Source of the DNA: an uncultured Verrucomicrobiota bacterium
GTDB lineage: Bacteria; Verrucomicrobiota; Verrucomicrobiia; Limisphaerales; SXQI01
Assembly (NCBI GenBank): GCA_964566945.1
Contig: CAZMKE010000007.1
Location: 175,743-239,742, forward strand
DNA length: 64,000 bases
Reading direction: 5' to 3'
In this document: positions 34,429-43,624 of the stretch, in pieces
Layout: each line of letters begins with the position of its first letter
Position numbering within the stretch: the stretch's first letter is position 1
Translations under genes and position numbers: made by a program
The notes under the pieces: generated by a model
Databases searched by the model: none
Seen by the model: the letters and a program-made list of their open reading frames with translations, nothing else
Told to the model about the DNA's origin: nothing

Positions 34429-36431
34429 CGACGATGAACAACGATTGGGTTCAGGCGCTGGGCTGGACGTTAATCCATTCCTGGTGGGAAGGGGCGGCAA
34501 TCGGGCTGGTGGTTTATGGGTTATCCCGGCACAGCTTGGCGGAACGCCGTTATCTCGCCTATTGCCTTGGACTGACCGCACTGCTCCTGGCGTTCTTCGC
34601 CACGCTCGCGGTGGAGTTGAAGGGCCGCACGCCAGCGCCCGCTCAGACGCTGACCCAGGGGATGGGTGCCCAAAAGGATGGACCAACGGGGCTTTATCAG
34701 GTGTTTGTGGAAGGGGTCGCGGTGCAGAAGGCCGCTTTTGGTTGGAGCAAACTCGTGCGGGCGGCTGGCAGCATTTGGTGTTGCGGGGTGATGCTGATGA
34801 GCGTGCGCGCGGGGCGAGCGGCGATGAATGTTCGGGCACTGCGGCGGGAGGCTAGAAGCTGGGACGATGAAGCGTGGCAGGACAAGTTGCGGACCTGGCT
34901 GACGGAACTCGGAATCAGCAAACCGGTGCAGCTCTGTCTGACGACGTTGAATGACGTGCCGGCCGTGATTGGGCATCTCGCGCCGATGGTCCTGCTGCCT
35001 GCGGCCCTCGTGACGCGATTGAGTCCGGGACAGATCGAGGCCTTGATTCTGCACGAGTTGATGCACATTCGGCGGCATGATTACCTGGTGAACATGTTGC
35101 AGCTGGCCTGCGAGACGCTGCTGTTTTTTCATCCAGCCGCGTGGTGGTTTTCGAGGGGCATTCGGGAGGAGCGAGAGCATTGCTGCGATGCCGCGGTGGC
35201 CCGCAGGAATCGCGATCCGATTTCCTACGTAAAAGCTCTTCTGGCTCTGGAAGAGTGGCGAGTAAATGACCAGGCGGCGCTGGCAGTTGGAGCGGCGGAC
35301 GGCTCGCTGAAAAAGCGAGTAAAGGTTCTACTAGCCAGGCCGCAGCGTTCGGCGGCCTGGAGTGGCGGTTGGGCCGTTTCTTTAGGATGCGCGGCTCTCT
35401 TGACGATGTTGGTGGTTTGGAACTGGCCGAGGGTTACAGCCCAGACGCAGCCGTCAAAGACGGCCTTTGAGGTGCGCATGGTGGTAGAGGAAGAAGGAGA
35501 AGAACTTCCTTTCGGGGATTGGAAGGGCTCCGGAGCGAAGCTGCGAGTGGCGAAAGAAGCGGTTTTGGATGACTCGCATGTGCGCGAGGCAAAAGCGGTC
35601 AACGATCCAGTGAGCGGTCAGGCCCAGGTAATGGTCCAACTGAATAACGAAGGAGCGGCCCGGTTTGCCGCGGCTACGCGGAAGAACATCGGACGCCAGT
35701 TGGCCGTTGTGATCGAGCACAAAGTCAGCTCCGCCCCCCGAATCGCGGACGCGATCACCGGCGGGTCGTTGGTGATCAGCGGGAATTTTACCGTTCAGGA
35801 AGCCGAGGAACTGGCCCGTAAACTCAGCGCGAAGCAGAAGGCGGTTGAGGACAAAACCGGCTCGATAAAACTCGAGTCGTACTTTCTGAGAATGTCGGAC
35901 GATCCTGCGACGCATCTAAAGTTGGGGACGCGGATCGATTCTGCGAGCGAGGACTTGTCCGCCTGGAGCGTGACGCGGGCGGAAGCACGCGAGCTCATCG
36001 AGAACTTCAAACTGACGGGCGGTGCGCAGCTCGTGGCTGGTCCTGCCATCACCACCGTGCCGGGCCGACCTGCTTGGGTAGAGGTCGGGGATGTGACGGA
36101 TGGCGAGGGATTTTCGGTCAACGCCAAGCGATTTTTCGCAATACGAGAGGCCCCGGAAAACTTGAAACCGACTGTGATTGGCCAGTCAATCGAATTGCTG
36201 CCAGAGTTGACGCGGGACAAACTGATTGTCGCCGGGAAGTTTCTGGATCGGCAGAGAGTGGCTGTCAAGGCGGGCCCGAGTGTTATCCGGACGGTTTATT
36301 CGGCGCCGTTTTATGTGACGCTGCCGCAGACGGGGGCGTTTGCCTTGAGCCAGAGAAGCAAGGGGCCAGAGTCCAAAAAACCTGGCTTTCTTTTAGTGGT
36401 GGTGATTCCCGAGATTGACGCTCGCGAATAG
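34425..36431 (+). CDS. BlaR1/M56 family membrane metalloprotease sensor with large C-terminal extracytoplasmic region
   Basis: N-terminal TM helices and the HEXXH motif in ILHELMHIRRHD. The C-terminal part includes a SecD-head-like segment (QVMVQLNNEGAARFAAATRKNIGRQLAVVIEHKV). Confidence 0.85.
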   Translation: MTTMNNDWVQALGWTLIHSWWEGAAIGLVVYGLSRHSLAERRYLAYCLGLTALLLAFFATLAVELKGRTPAPAQTLTQGMGAQKDGPTGLYQVFVEGVAVQKAAFGWSKLVRAAGSIWCCGVMLMSVRAGRAAMNVRALRREARSWDDEAWQDKLRTWLTELGISKPVQLCLTTLNDVPAVIGHLAPMVLLPAALVTRLSPGQIEALILHELMHIRRHDYLVNMLQLACETLLFFHPAAWWFSRGIREEREHCCDAAVARRNRDPISYVKALLALEEWRVNDQAALAVGAADGSLKKRVKVLLARPQRSAAWSGGWAVSLGCAALLTMLVVWNWPRVTAQTQPSKTAFEVRMVVEEEGEELPFGDWKGSGAKLRVAKEAVLDDSHVREAKAVNDPVSGQAQVMVQLNNEGAARFAAATRKNIGRQLAVVIEHKVSSAPRIADAITGGSLVISGNFTVQEAEELARKLSAKQKAVEDKTGSIKLESYFLRMSDDPATHLKLGTRIDSASEDLSAWSVTRAEARELIENFKLTGGAQLVAGPAITTVPGRPAWVEVGDVTDGEGFSVNAKRFFAIREAPENLKPTVIGQSIELLPELTRDKLIVAGKFLDRQRVAVKAGPSVIRTVYSAPFYVTLPQTGAFALSQRSKGPESKKPGFLLVVVIPEIDARE

Positions 36432-36450
36432 GCGCAGCCGGCGATACGGG

Positions 36451-37557
36451 TCAAAGAAGGCCGTGCTGACGGCAGCGGCTTTCGTATTGGTCGAGATCGT
36501 CGGACCGGCTCAAGGCTTTCTCCACGCCGCCGAGCAAGGCTGATCGGTGGGCAGCCTCGACGATGACCTGCGCGTCGAGAACTTCCGTTTGTGTGACCCG
36601 GAAGTGGTCCCGTTTGGCCAGGGCGCGACGGAATTCCTCGTGAGCGCTTTGGTAGGCAATTTGAAAGCGAGGCTGGAATTCCGCTCGATCTCCCGGAATG
36701 TCGGTCATGGAAAATGTTTTTGAGGCCGGGTGAAGCGTGCCGTCACAGGTCCAAAGTTCGACCGGGACTGGGCCCGGGTATCCGCAGAACCTCCCAATAT
36801 GAAGGACTCCGTGGTCGCCGATGATCGAGGTTTCGTTGTTGTAGCCGGCCGAGTGCGTCCGGCTCAGGTCGAGCCGGCCGACAATTCCACTCGGGGTCAG
36901 AAACCCCACGTGGGCGGTGTTTCCGCCTTCGTCGATCGGGCTTTGATAGTTCTTCGCGAGGAACATTTTCGCCCAAACGCGGCTGGGAAACTCTCCGGTG
37001 AGCCAGTGCGCTTCGTCGGCAATGTGGATGCCCATGTCGATGATTAGGCCCCGGCTGGAATAGGTTGGCGGGGGCGGATACTGATCGCGCAAAACCGAAC
37101 GGATTTCACGAATTTCCCCAATCAGCTTTTGATCGAGCAATTGCCGGGCATAGACCAGGGCGGGGTCGAACCGCCTTTGCAGGCCGATCTGCAGGATATT
37201 TCGACGGCCTCCAATTTGCCGAACGAACGAAAACGCTTCGTTCAGATCAGCAGTCAGCGGCTTTTCGAGATATACGGGAATGCCCGCGTGAATGAATGGG
37301 GCGGCGTGGCGGGCGTGGTCCTTGGTGTGTGAAGAAATAACGACGGCATCCATTCCACCGCGTCGCGCCATGGTCGCAGGGTCGGTGAATTGAGCGGCCT
37401 CCGGCAGACCGAGCCGGCGGGCGGCCGCGCCCAGTGCTTCCGGGCTTTCATCGCCGAGCGCGACGATGCGTTGTCCTTGGCCAAGCAGGATTTCTCCGTG
37501 GACACATCCACAGCGTCCGATCCCAAAAAGTCCGTAACGAAGTGCGGCTTCTCCCAT
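36451..37557 (-). CDS. Gfo/Idh/MocA family oxidoreductase
   Basis: N-terminal Rossmann segment YGLFGIGRCGCVHG and VYLEKPL, typical of the family. Start at ATG 37557. Confidence 0.8.
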   Translation of the reverse strand: MGEAALRYGLFGIGRCGCVHGEILLGQGQRIVALGDESPEALGAAARRLGLPEAAQFTDPATMARRGGMDAVVISSHTKDHARHAAPFIHAGIPVYLEKPLTADLNEAFSFVRQIGGRRNILQIGLQRRFDPALVYARQLLDQKLIGEIREIRSVLRDQYPPPPTYSSRGLIIDMGIHIADEAHWLTGEFPSRVWAKMFLAKNYQSPIDEGGNTAHVGFLTPSGIVGRLDLSRTHSAGYNNETSIIGDHGVLHIGRFCGYPGPVPVELWTCDGTLHPASKTFSMTDIPGDRAEFQPRFQIAYQSAHEEFRRALAKRDHFRVTQTEVLDAQVIVEAAHRSALLGGVEKALSRSDDLDQYESRCRQHGLL

Positions 37558-37644
37558 GTCAATTGGTCGAATATCGGCAAGGGAGGCAAAGAGCCAGCAA
37601 AAAGCCGATCGCAGCATCGATCCGGCACACGCAAAAAGAGGCCG

Positions 37645-39072
37645 CTAAGCGAGCAAGTCCTTGACGACATTCCCGGCAATATCGGTGAGGCGGTAATCAC
37701 GGCCTTCAAAGCGGTAAGTCAGCTTCTCGTGATCGATGCCGAGGCAATGGAGCATCGTGGCGTGGAAGTCATGCACGTGAACCGGGTTTTCGACAATGTT
37801 GTAGGCGTAGTCGTCGGTCCTGCCGTAGGTCAGGCCGGCTTTGATGCCGCCGCCAGCCATCCAGAGACTGAAGGCGCGGGGGTGATGATCCCGGCCGAAG
37901 CTTTCCTTTTTGATCTCGCCCTGGCTGTAAGTGGTGCGCCCGAATTCCCCGCCCCAGATGACCAGCGTGTCGTCCAGCATCCCGCGCTGTTTCAAATCCG
38001 TGATAAGGGCGGCGGAAGCCTGGTCGGTGATTTTGGCCTGACGGCGGATTTGGTTCGGCAGATCGCCGTGGTGATCCCAATCGCGGTGGCAGAGTTGGAT
38101 GAAACGAACGCCGCGTTCGGCGAGGCGGCGGGCGAGGAGGCAGTTGTTGGCGTAGGAGGCTTTGCCGGGCTCCGCGCCGTAAAGATCAAGCGTTTCCTTT
38201 GATTCTTTGGAAATGTCCATCAGTTCAGGCACGCTGGTTTGCATGCGGAACGCGAGCTCGTAGTTCTCGATATGGGTGGCAATTTCGGGATCGCCCAGCT
38301 GGCCGAGTTGAAGCCGGTTCAGCTCCTGCATGGAGTCGATCAGAGTGCGGCGGGTGGAGAGGCTCATCCCTTTCGGATTGGATACGTAGAGGACGGGGTC
38401 GCCTTGCGTGCGGAATTGGACGCCTTGATAATTTCCGGGGAGAAAGCCATTTCCCCAGTAGCGGGCCTGCAGCGGCTGGCCGCCGCCGCCGGAGAGGAGG
38501 ACGATGAAGGCCGGCAGGTTCTGGTTCTCACTGCCCAGGCCATAACTGATCCAGGAACCCATGGTGGGACGGCCCGGTTGCTGATGGCCGGTGCCGAAGT
38601 AAGTGACCGCGGGATCGTGGTTGATCGGTTCGGTGAACATCGACCGGATGATGGTGATGTCATCCGCGACCTGCGCCGTGTGGGGCAGCAGCTCCGACAA
38701 TTCCGCCCCGGAGTTTCCGTGTTTGGAAAATGAGAAGGGCGAGCCCACGCACAGGAGCTGCTTTTGCCCGCTGGTCATCCCGGTGATGCGCTGCCCCATG
38801 CGGATTGAGCCGGGCAGTTCCGTGCCGGTCAAGTCCTTCAACTTCGGCTTGTAATCGAAGAGGTCGATGTGGGACGGCGCGCCGGACATGAACATGTAAA
38901 TGACGCGCTTGGCCTTCGGCGCGAAGTGGAGATTGGGCAGGGCGCGCTGAGGAGCCCCGAATAGTTTCTGGCTGAGCAGCGATCCGAGCGCGACCGCGCC
39001 GAGGCTGGTCGTGCTGCGCTTGAGGAAAGTGCGCCGGTTCAGAACTTTGGCGATATCGTCACCGAGGTGCAT
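37645..39072 (-). CDS. DUF1501 domain protein (sulfatase-fold), Tat signal
   Basis: NRRTFLKRSTTSLGAVALG, MSGAPSHIDLFDYKP, WDHHGDL, GGEFGRT and the C-terminal LTYRFEGRDYRLTDI. Start set at ATG 39072, 2 nt after the upstream stop. Confidence 0.9.
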   Translation of the reverse strand: MHLGDDIAKVLNRRTFLKRSTTSLGAVALGSLLSQKLFGAPQRALPNLHFAPKAKRVIYMFMSGAPSHIDLFDYKPKLKDLTGTELPGSIRMGQRITGMTSGQKQLLCVGSPFSFSKHGNSGAELSELLPHTAQVADDITIIRSMFTEPINHDPAVTYFGTGHQQPGRPTMGSWISYGLGSENQNLPAFIVLLSGGGGQPLQARYWGNGFLPGNYQGVQFRTQGDPVLYVSNPKGMSLSTRRTLIDSMQELNRLQLGQLGDPEIATHIENYELAFRMQTSVPELMDISKESKETLDLYGAEPGKASYANNCLLARRLAERGVRFIQLCHRDWDHHGDLPNQIRRQAKITDQASAALITDLKQRGMLDDTLVIWGGEFGRTTYSQGEIKKESFGRDHHPRAFSLWMAGGGIKAGLTYGRTDDYAYNIVENPVHVHDFHATMLHCLGIDHEKLTYRFEGRDYRLTDIAGNVVKDLLA

Positions 39073-39074
39073 GG

Positions 39075-42000
39075 CTAATTGGAAATGGCTTCGTTGAGGT
39101 TCAGGAGGACGTTCGCCACGCAGGTGTAGGCGGCGAGTTCGGTTTTGCTGATGTCCGGCGGCAGATCGGATTCGCCGGTCTTGAGGAGGTCCTCGGCCCC
39201 TTCGCTGTTCTGAGCGTAAAGACTCTGCATTTCGCGGAGCGTGCGCAAGAGGATGGAAATCTCCTGGGAACTTGGGCGGCGCGCGAGAGTGGTTCGGAAG
39301 GCGAACACCAGGCGATCTTCCGGCTCCTTGCCGCCTTCGCGCAGCGTGCGCGCGGCGAAGGCCCGGGCGCATTCGAGATAAACGGGATCGTTCATCAGCA
39401 CGAACGATTGAAGCGGGGTGCTGGTGCGCGGGCGCTGGGCGGTGCAGACCTCGCGGCTGGGCGCGTCAAACGTGGCGAATGACGGATAGTGAACCGCGCG
39501 CTTCCAGTAAACATACATGCCCCGGCGGTAAAGGTCGGGACCGTGGCTTTGGTCATACTGCGTGTCGGTGACATCCCAGAGGCCGGCGGGCTGGTAAGGC
39601 TTCACGCTCGGGCCGCCGATCTTGCGATTCAGAAGGCCGCTGACGGCCAGAGCGTGGTCGCGAATGAACTCCGCCTCAAGGCGAAGCCGCGGGCCGCGCG
39701 TGAGCAGGCGGTTGTAAGGATCGCGTTCCAGCAGGGCAGGGGTGACGGCTGCGCCTTGGCGATAAGTGGCCGAGGTGACGATTTGGCGAACGAGAGCTTT
39801 GGTGTCCCACGGCTTCGCGGGCGCCCGCGAGACGGCGCGGGCTGCGGCTGGGTTGACATCGCCGTCGCGGAACTGGCAGGCCAGCCAGTCAAGCAGTTGG
39901 GGGTGGCTGGGCGGCTCGCTTTGGGAGCCAAAATCGTTGACCGTCTTGACCAGCCCGGTCCCGAAAAACATCGCCCAGTAGCGGTTGACTGTGACGCGGC
40001 TGGTGAGCGGATGTTCCTTGGACATCAGCCAGCGGGCAAGCCCGAGGCGGTTGCGCGGTTCGTCCGGCTTGAGCGCGGGCAGAAACGAGGGAACGTTAGC
40101 TGAGACCTTCTCGCTGCGCCGCTGGAAATCGCCGCGGACGAGAATGAATGTGTCCCGGGGCTTGTCCATTTCCCGCATGACCATGGTGTTCGGAATGCGC
40201 CGAAGAAGGTCGGCTTTGCGGCTGCGCGCCGCCGTCAGGGCCTCTTCAGCCGCCCGATAATCCGAGGCGTAGGTGGAGCGGTAGAGTTGGCGGAGATCCT
40301 CAAGTTCCGCGCCGGTGCGCCGGTCGGCGGGAATCGCGAGAATCGGGCCGTAACTCTGGAGTTCGAGGGCGAGAACCTCATCCTTGCTCAGCGCGCGTTC
40401 GTAGATGCGGATTTCATCCAGGAGGCCATTGAAGAACGCCGAGTTGGAGCGCGCCCCGATCCGGAGCGGGGTGTTCGCAGCGATCGATCCGGAAAGGGTG
40501 TCTTTCTGGATTTCCAGGTCCTGCTCAACTCCGTTGACGTAAATCTGGACGCCGGACGCTTTGCTTGAGCCGTTGTAGGTGACAAATACATGCAGCCATG
40601 CGTCCTTGGGAAAAGTCTTGCGGGTCCGCAATTTGATCGCGTTATCCGGCCATTGATTTACCAGGTGAGCTTCAAAAGCGCCATCGGTCAGGAGCAAGTC
40701 GACGCCGCGGGATTTATCCGCCTCATCCATGCGGCTCAGGACTGCGCCGTGGTTGCCGCGAGAGTAGACCCAGCCACCGTAAGAGAAGGCATTCTGGCGG
40801 TCGAACGTGATCGGGTTGCCGGCATCAATGAACTGCTTTTGCCCATTTAAATCGAGTGCTTTGCCGGGGCGTCCCGGGGCGAACGAAGATGATCCTTCCA
40901 GTTTGGTTTCGTGGCGCGCGCCGCCAGCGTCCAGATAGGCCGCGCCGTCGTCGAAGGAAAAGCTGACGGCCAGCCCATTCGTGGGGGCGGCAGCCAGGCT
41001 TTTCCCCCCAACCTCTTTTTCCCAGCGCGCCTGGGCGGCGGGAAGTTCGCGGGCCCGGTCGTTCACGGTCCGTTCGGCGTCGTCCACCGCGCGATCGAGT
41101 TCCACCAGATCAGTTGCTTGCTCGGGGGAGGGAACGGAGAGGCGCGGGAATGGGTTTTCCACGCGGGTTCCGTCGAGCCCCTTTTCCGGAATGTTGTGGA
41201 AGAAAGAGTAGAGTTGGTAGAAATCCCGCTGGGTGAGGGGATCGTACTTGTGGTCATGGCATTCCGCGCACCCGGTGGTGGTGCCGAGCCAGACCGCTCC
41301 GGTGGTGTTAACGCGATCCACCTGGTATTTGCTCAAATATTCGTCGGGATCCGCTCCGCCTTCATCGTTGGTCATCACGTTGCGATGAAAGCCGGTGGCG
41401 ATTCGCTGGGCGACCGTTGGATTGGGCAAAAGATCACCCGCAAGCTGCTCGATGGTGAACTGGTCGAACGGCATGTTCTTGTTGAAGGCATTGATCACCC
41501 AATCCCGCCAGGGCCACATGAACCGCAGGCCGTCGAAATGGTAGCCGCTGGTATCCGCATAGCGGGCCAGATCGAGCCAGTTTTGCGCCATGCGTTCCCC
41601 GTACTGCTCCGCGTCCAGCAGGCGGTCGACCACCTTTTCGTAGGCGTCCGGGCTGTTATCAGCGAGGAAAGCGTCAATTTCTTCAACGGTGGGCGGCAGT
41701 CCGGTGAGGTCGAGGGTGGCGCGGCGGATCAGCGCGGGTTTGTCGGCTTCTGGTGAAGGCTTGAAACCTTCCTTTTCCAGGCGAGCCAGGACGAAGCGGT
41801 CGATCTCGTTTTTCGGCCAGCTCTTGTCCTGCACCTCCGGAAGGGCCGGTCGTTCGGGTGCAACGTAGGCCCAGTGTTCCTTCCATTGGGCTCCGGATTC
41901 GACCCAGCGCCTGAGCAGATCGATTTGGGAGGCGTTGAGTTTCTTTTTAAAGTCAGGCGGGGGCATTTTCTCATCGGGATCGGAAGAAAGGATGCGAGCA

Positions 42001-42302
42001 ACGAGCGCGCTTTCGTCCGCTTTGCCGGCCACGACGGCTTTCTTGCCGGACTTAAGTTCGCGAAAAGCGCTTTCTTTGCGATCCAGCCGGAGGCCGGCCT
42101 TGCGTTGGTGTTCGTCCGGTCCGTGGCAGGCGTAGCAATTGTCCGACAGGATCGGACGGATCTGCTTGTCAAAATCGATGGCGCCTGAATCGGCGGCGTC
42201 GGCGCTGAAACACAGCGCCAGCCCCGCGAGGGCCGCGGCGATTCGAAGTAACGAAGCGATGGGCATCCCGGAAAATCTGCCAGAAGAGGCGAGGGGGTTC
42301 AA
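39075..42302 (-). CDS. PSCyt1 (planctomycete cytochrome c) / DUF1549 / LamG-like / DUF1553 multidomain protein
   Basis: Haem-binding CYACHGPDEHQRKAGLRLD. Also TLDLTGLPPT, WLDLARYADTSG and GCAECHDHKYDPLTQRDFY. It has a central concanavalin/LamG-like block (WLHVFVTYNGS, LDEIRIYERAL) and a DUF1553-like C-terminus. Confidence 0.9.
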   Translation of the reverse strand: MNPLASSGRFSGMPIASLLRIAAALAGLALCFSADAADSGAIDFDKQIRPILSDNCYACHGPDEHQRKAGLRLDRKESAFRELKSGKKAVVAGKADESALVARILSSDPDEKMPPPDFKKKLNASQIDLLRRWVESGAQWKEHWAYVAPERPALPEVQDKSWPKNEIDRFVLARLEKEGFKPSPEADKPALIRRATLDLTGLPPTVEEIDAFLADNSPDAYEKVVDRLLDAEQYGERMAQNWLDLARYADTSGYHFDGLRFMWPWRDWVINAFNKNMPFDQFTIEQLAGDLLPNPTVAQRIATGFHRNVMTNDEGGADPDEYLSKYQVDRVNTTGAVWLGTTTGCAECHDHKYDPLTQRDFYQLYSFFHNIPEKGLDGTRVENPFPRLSVPSPEQATDLVELDRAVDDAERTVNDRARELPAAQARWEKEVGGKSLAAAPTNGLAVSFSFDDGAAYLDAGGARHETKLEGSSSFAPGRPGKALDLNGQKQFIDAGNPITFDRQNAFSYGGWVYSRGNHGAVLSRMDEADKSRGVDLLLTDGAFEAHLVNQWPDNAIKLRTRKTFPKDAWLHVFVTYNGSSKASGVQIYVNGVEQDLEIQKDTLSGSIAANTPLRIGARSNSAFFNGLLDEIRIYERALSKDEVLALELQSYGPILAIPADRRTGAELEDLRQLYRSTYASDYRAAEEALTAARSRKADLLRRIPNTMVMREMDKPRDTFILVRGDFQRRSEKVSANVPSFLPALKPDEPRNRLGLARWLMSKEHPLTSRVTVNRYWAMFFGTGLVKTVNDFGSQSEPPSHPQLLDWLACQFRDGDVNPAAARAVSRAPAKPWDTKALVRQIVTSATYRQGAAVTPALLERDPYNRLLTRGPRLRLEAEFIRDHALAVSGLLNRKIGGPSVKPYQPAGLWDVTDTQYDQSHGPDLYRRGMYVYWKRAVHYPSFATFDAPSREVCTAQRPRTSTPLQSFVLMNDPVYLECARAFAARTLREGGKEPEDRLVFAFRTTLARRPSSQEISILLRTLREMQSLYAQNSEGAEDLLKTGESDLPPDISKTELAAYTCVANVLLNLNEAISN

Positions 42303-42351
42303 TGGCCGCTTGCAATCGATTCTTCAAAGCGCGCTCGCCGGCCGTGCGCTT

Positions 42352-42870
42352 TCAGAGAGAGGGATACAGGCAGATTTCGTGGCGCCGACGGCCCGGGAGT
42401 TGGAAAAGGAACTGTAGAGCGGGTGATCTTTTTTCGTGGCCGCGAATCACGTGAATCGCAAGAAGCCGCCGCTTAAAGGGGAATTGCACGCGATTGAACT
42501 CCTGTTGGGAGATTGAGTGCTTTTCGTGCCGAAGGCAGAGGGCGAAGCGATATGCGTCTTCGACGCTGCGCGAGGTCCAACAGGTTTCGGCGTAATGCTC
42601 GAAGAACGGCCAACCGCCGTTTTCCAGGGCGGAGCAGGTGAGGGGAAGATGCGAACGAGCCGCCTCGAAACGCTTGCGCACGAGCACGCGCGCCTGGGCG
42701 TGCAAATCGTCGGGCGCGAGTTGACGGAAAGCTCCGAGGTCGGAGTCGCGCAACCGTAATTGCGAGGCCACGAGGCCGGGCGACTGGACAAAGGCCCGCC
42801 GGAGTGAAGGGTCAGTCAGGAGCCGGCCCAGAGCGGTGAGCAAATCAATTGAGGTCGCGGATTCGTTCAA
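42352..42870 (-). CDS. Small partner protein of the DUF692 enzyme (family not recognised)
   Basis: 172-aa ORF directly downstream of the DUF692 gene. A TTG start at 42870 overlaps the DUF692 3' end by 26 nt. An alternative TTG at 42843 lies 1 nt after the DUF692 stop. It occupies the position where MNIO partner proteins (MbnC/TglI/BufC-type) are normally encoded. Confidence 0.5.
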   Translation of the reverse strand: MNESATSIDLLTALGRLLTDPSLRRAFVQSPGLVASQLRLRDSDLGAFRQLAPDDLHAQARVLVRKRFEAARSHLPLTCSALENGGWPFFEHYAETCWTSRSVEDAYRFALCLRHEKHSISQQEFNRVQFPFKRRLLAIHVIRGHEKRSPALQFLFQLPGRRRHEICLYPSL

Positions 42871-43624
42871 GCTTTTCCACTTCCGCAGCCCATTCCTTGC
42901 GGCTGGGAAAGTTGGTGTCGCGTTCCAGGATGATGGCTTCGACCGGCGCGTGGCGGGCGATGAAGGAGGCGAGAGTGATCAATTCCTCCTGAATCGGTTC
43001 TCCGTGGCTGTCTCCCAGGCGATCGCCTGGCTCGTAGCCGACGATATGCAATTGCCGGATGAGAGAAAGATCGAGTTGCTGCACCCAATCGATCGGGTCG
43101 AAGCGATGGTTCCTGCTATTGATAAACAGGTTGGTGACGTCGAGCAGGAGTCCGCAGCCAGCCCGCGCGCAGATTTGGTTAAGAAATTCGGTCTCGGGCC
43201 ATTCCCCCGGAATTCTGAGGTGAGAAGAGATGTTCTCCAGCAGAAGTGGCCGGGAGAAGCGGTCCATCAACTCGCGGGCGTGATCCGCAATAATCCGCGC
43301 GTTCTCCGCGGTCGGCGCGACGGGGTTGAGATGGCCGAGATCCAATTCGGAGGTGCGAGTGAAGGCCACGTGTTCGCTGACCCACTGGGGTTGGGCGGCC
43401 TCGACCACCCGGGCAAACTGCTGCAAGTGATCCGGATCGAGCGGGCCGGGAGTCCCGAGGCTGCTTCCGAGGCCATGAACGGAGAGGGTAAAGCTTTTTG
43501 CGAGGGTCCGCAGGGTTTGTTCTCCGCGGGTAAAAAAATGTTCGGCAGTAATTTCGAGACAGTCGAGCGAACCTCCCAGAAGCCACGGCTCCAACGGACT
43601 CCGATAACCTGCGCCGATGAGCAT
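42845..43624 (-). CDS. DUF692 family protein (multinuclear non-heme iron oxidase, MbnB/TglH-like TIM barrel)
   Basis: MLIGAGYRSPL... has the typical DUF692 start. Also LEITAEHFF, SVHGLGSSLGT, WVSEHVAFT, LLLENIS, GLLLDVTNLF, QLHIVGY and ILERD. Its ATG overlaps the upstream stop (TGATG). Confidence 0.85.
   Translation of the reverse strand: MLIGAGYRSPLEPWLLGGSLDCLEITAEHFFTRGEQTLRTLAKSFTLSVHGLGSSLGTPGPLDPDHLQQFARVVEAAQPQWVSEHVAFTRTSELDLGHLNPVAPTAENARIIADHARELMDRFSRPLLLENISSHLRIPGEWPETEFLNQICARAGCGLLLDVTNLFINSRNHRFDPIDWVQQLDLSLIRQLHIVGYEPGDRLGDSHGEPIQEELITLASFIARHAPVEAIILERDTNFPSRKEWAAEVEKLERIRDLN

Noticed and set aside
39073-39372. Upstream extensions of ORF-track predictions. Examples: DUF1501 to 39372, ABC gene to 17483, ferredoxin to 14623, GcvH-like to 15480, rpmB to 2663, tadA to 25549.
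   Set aside because: These extensions overlap neighbouring well-supported genes and are Arg/Pro-rich. Internal ATGs restore canonical N-termini and tidy gene spacing.
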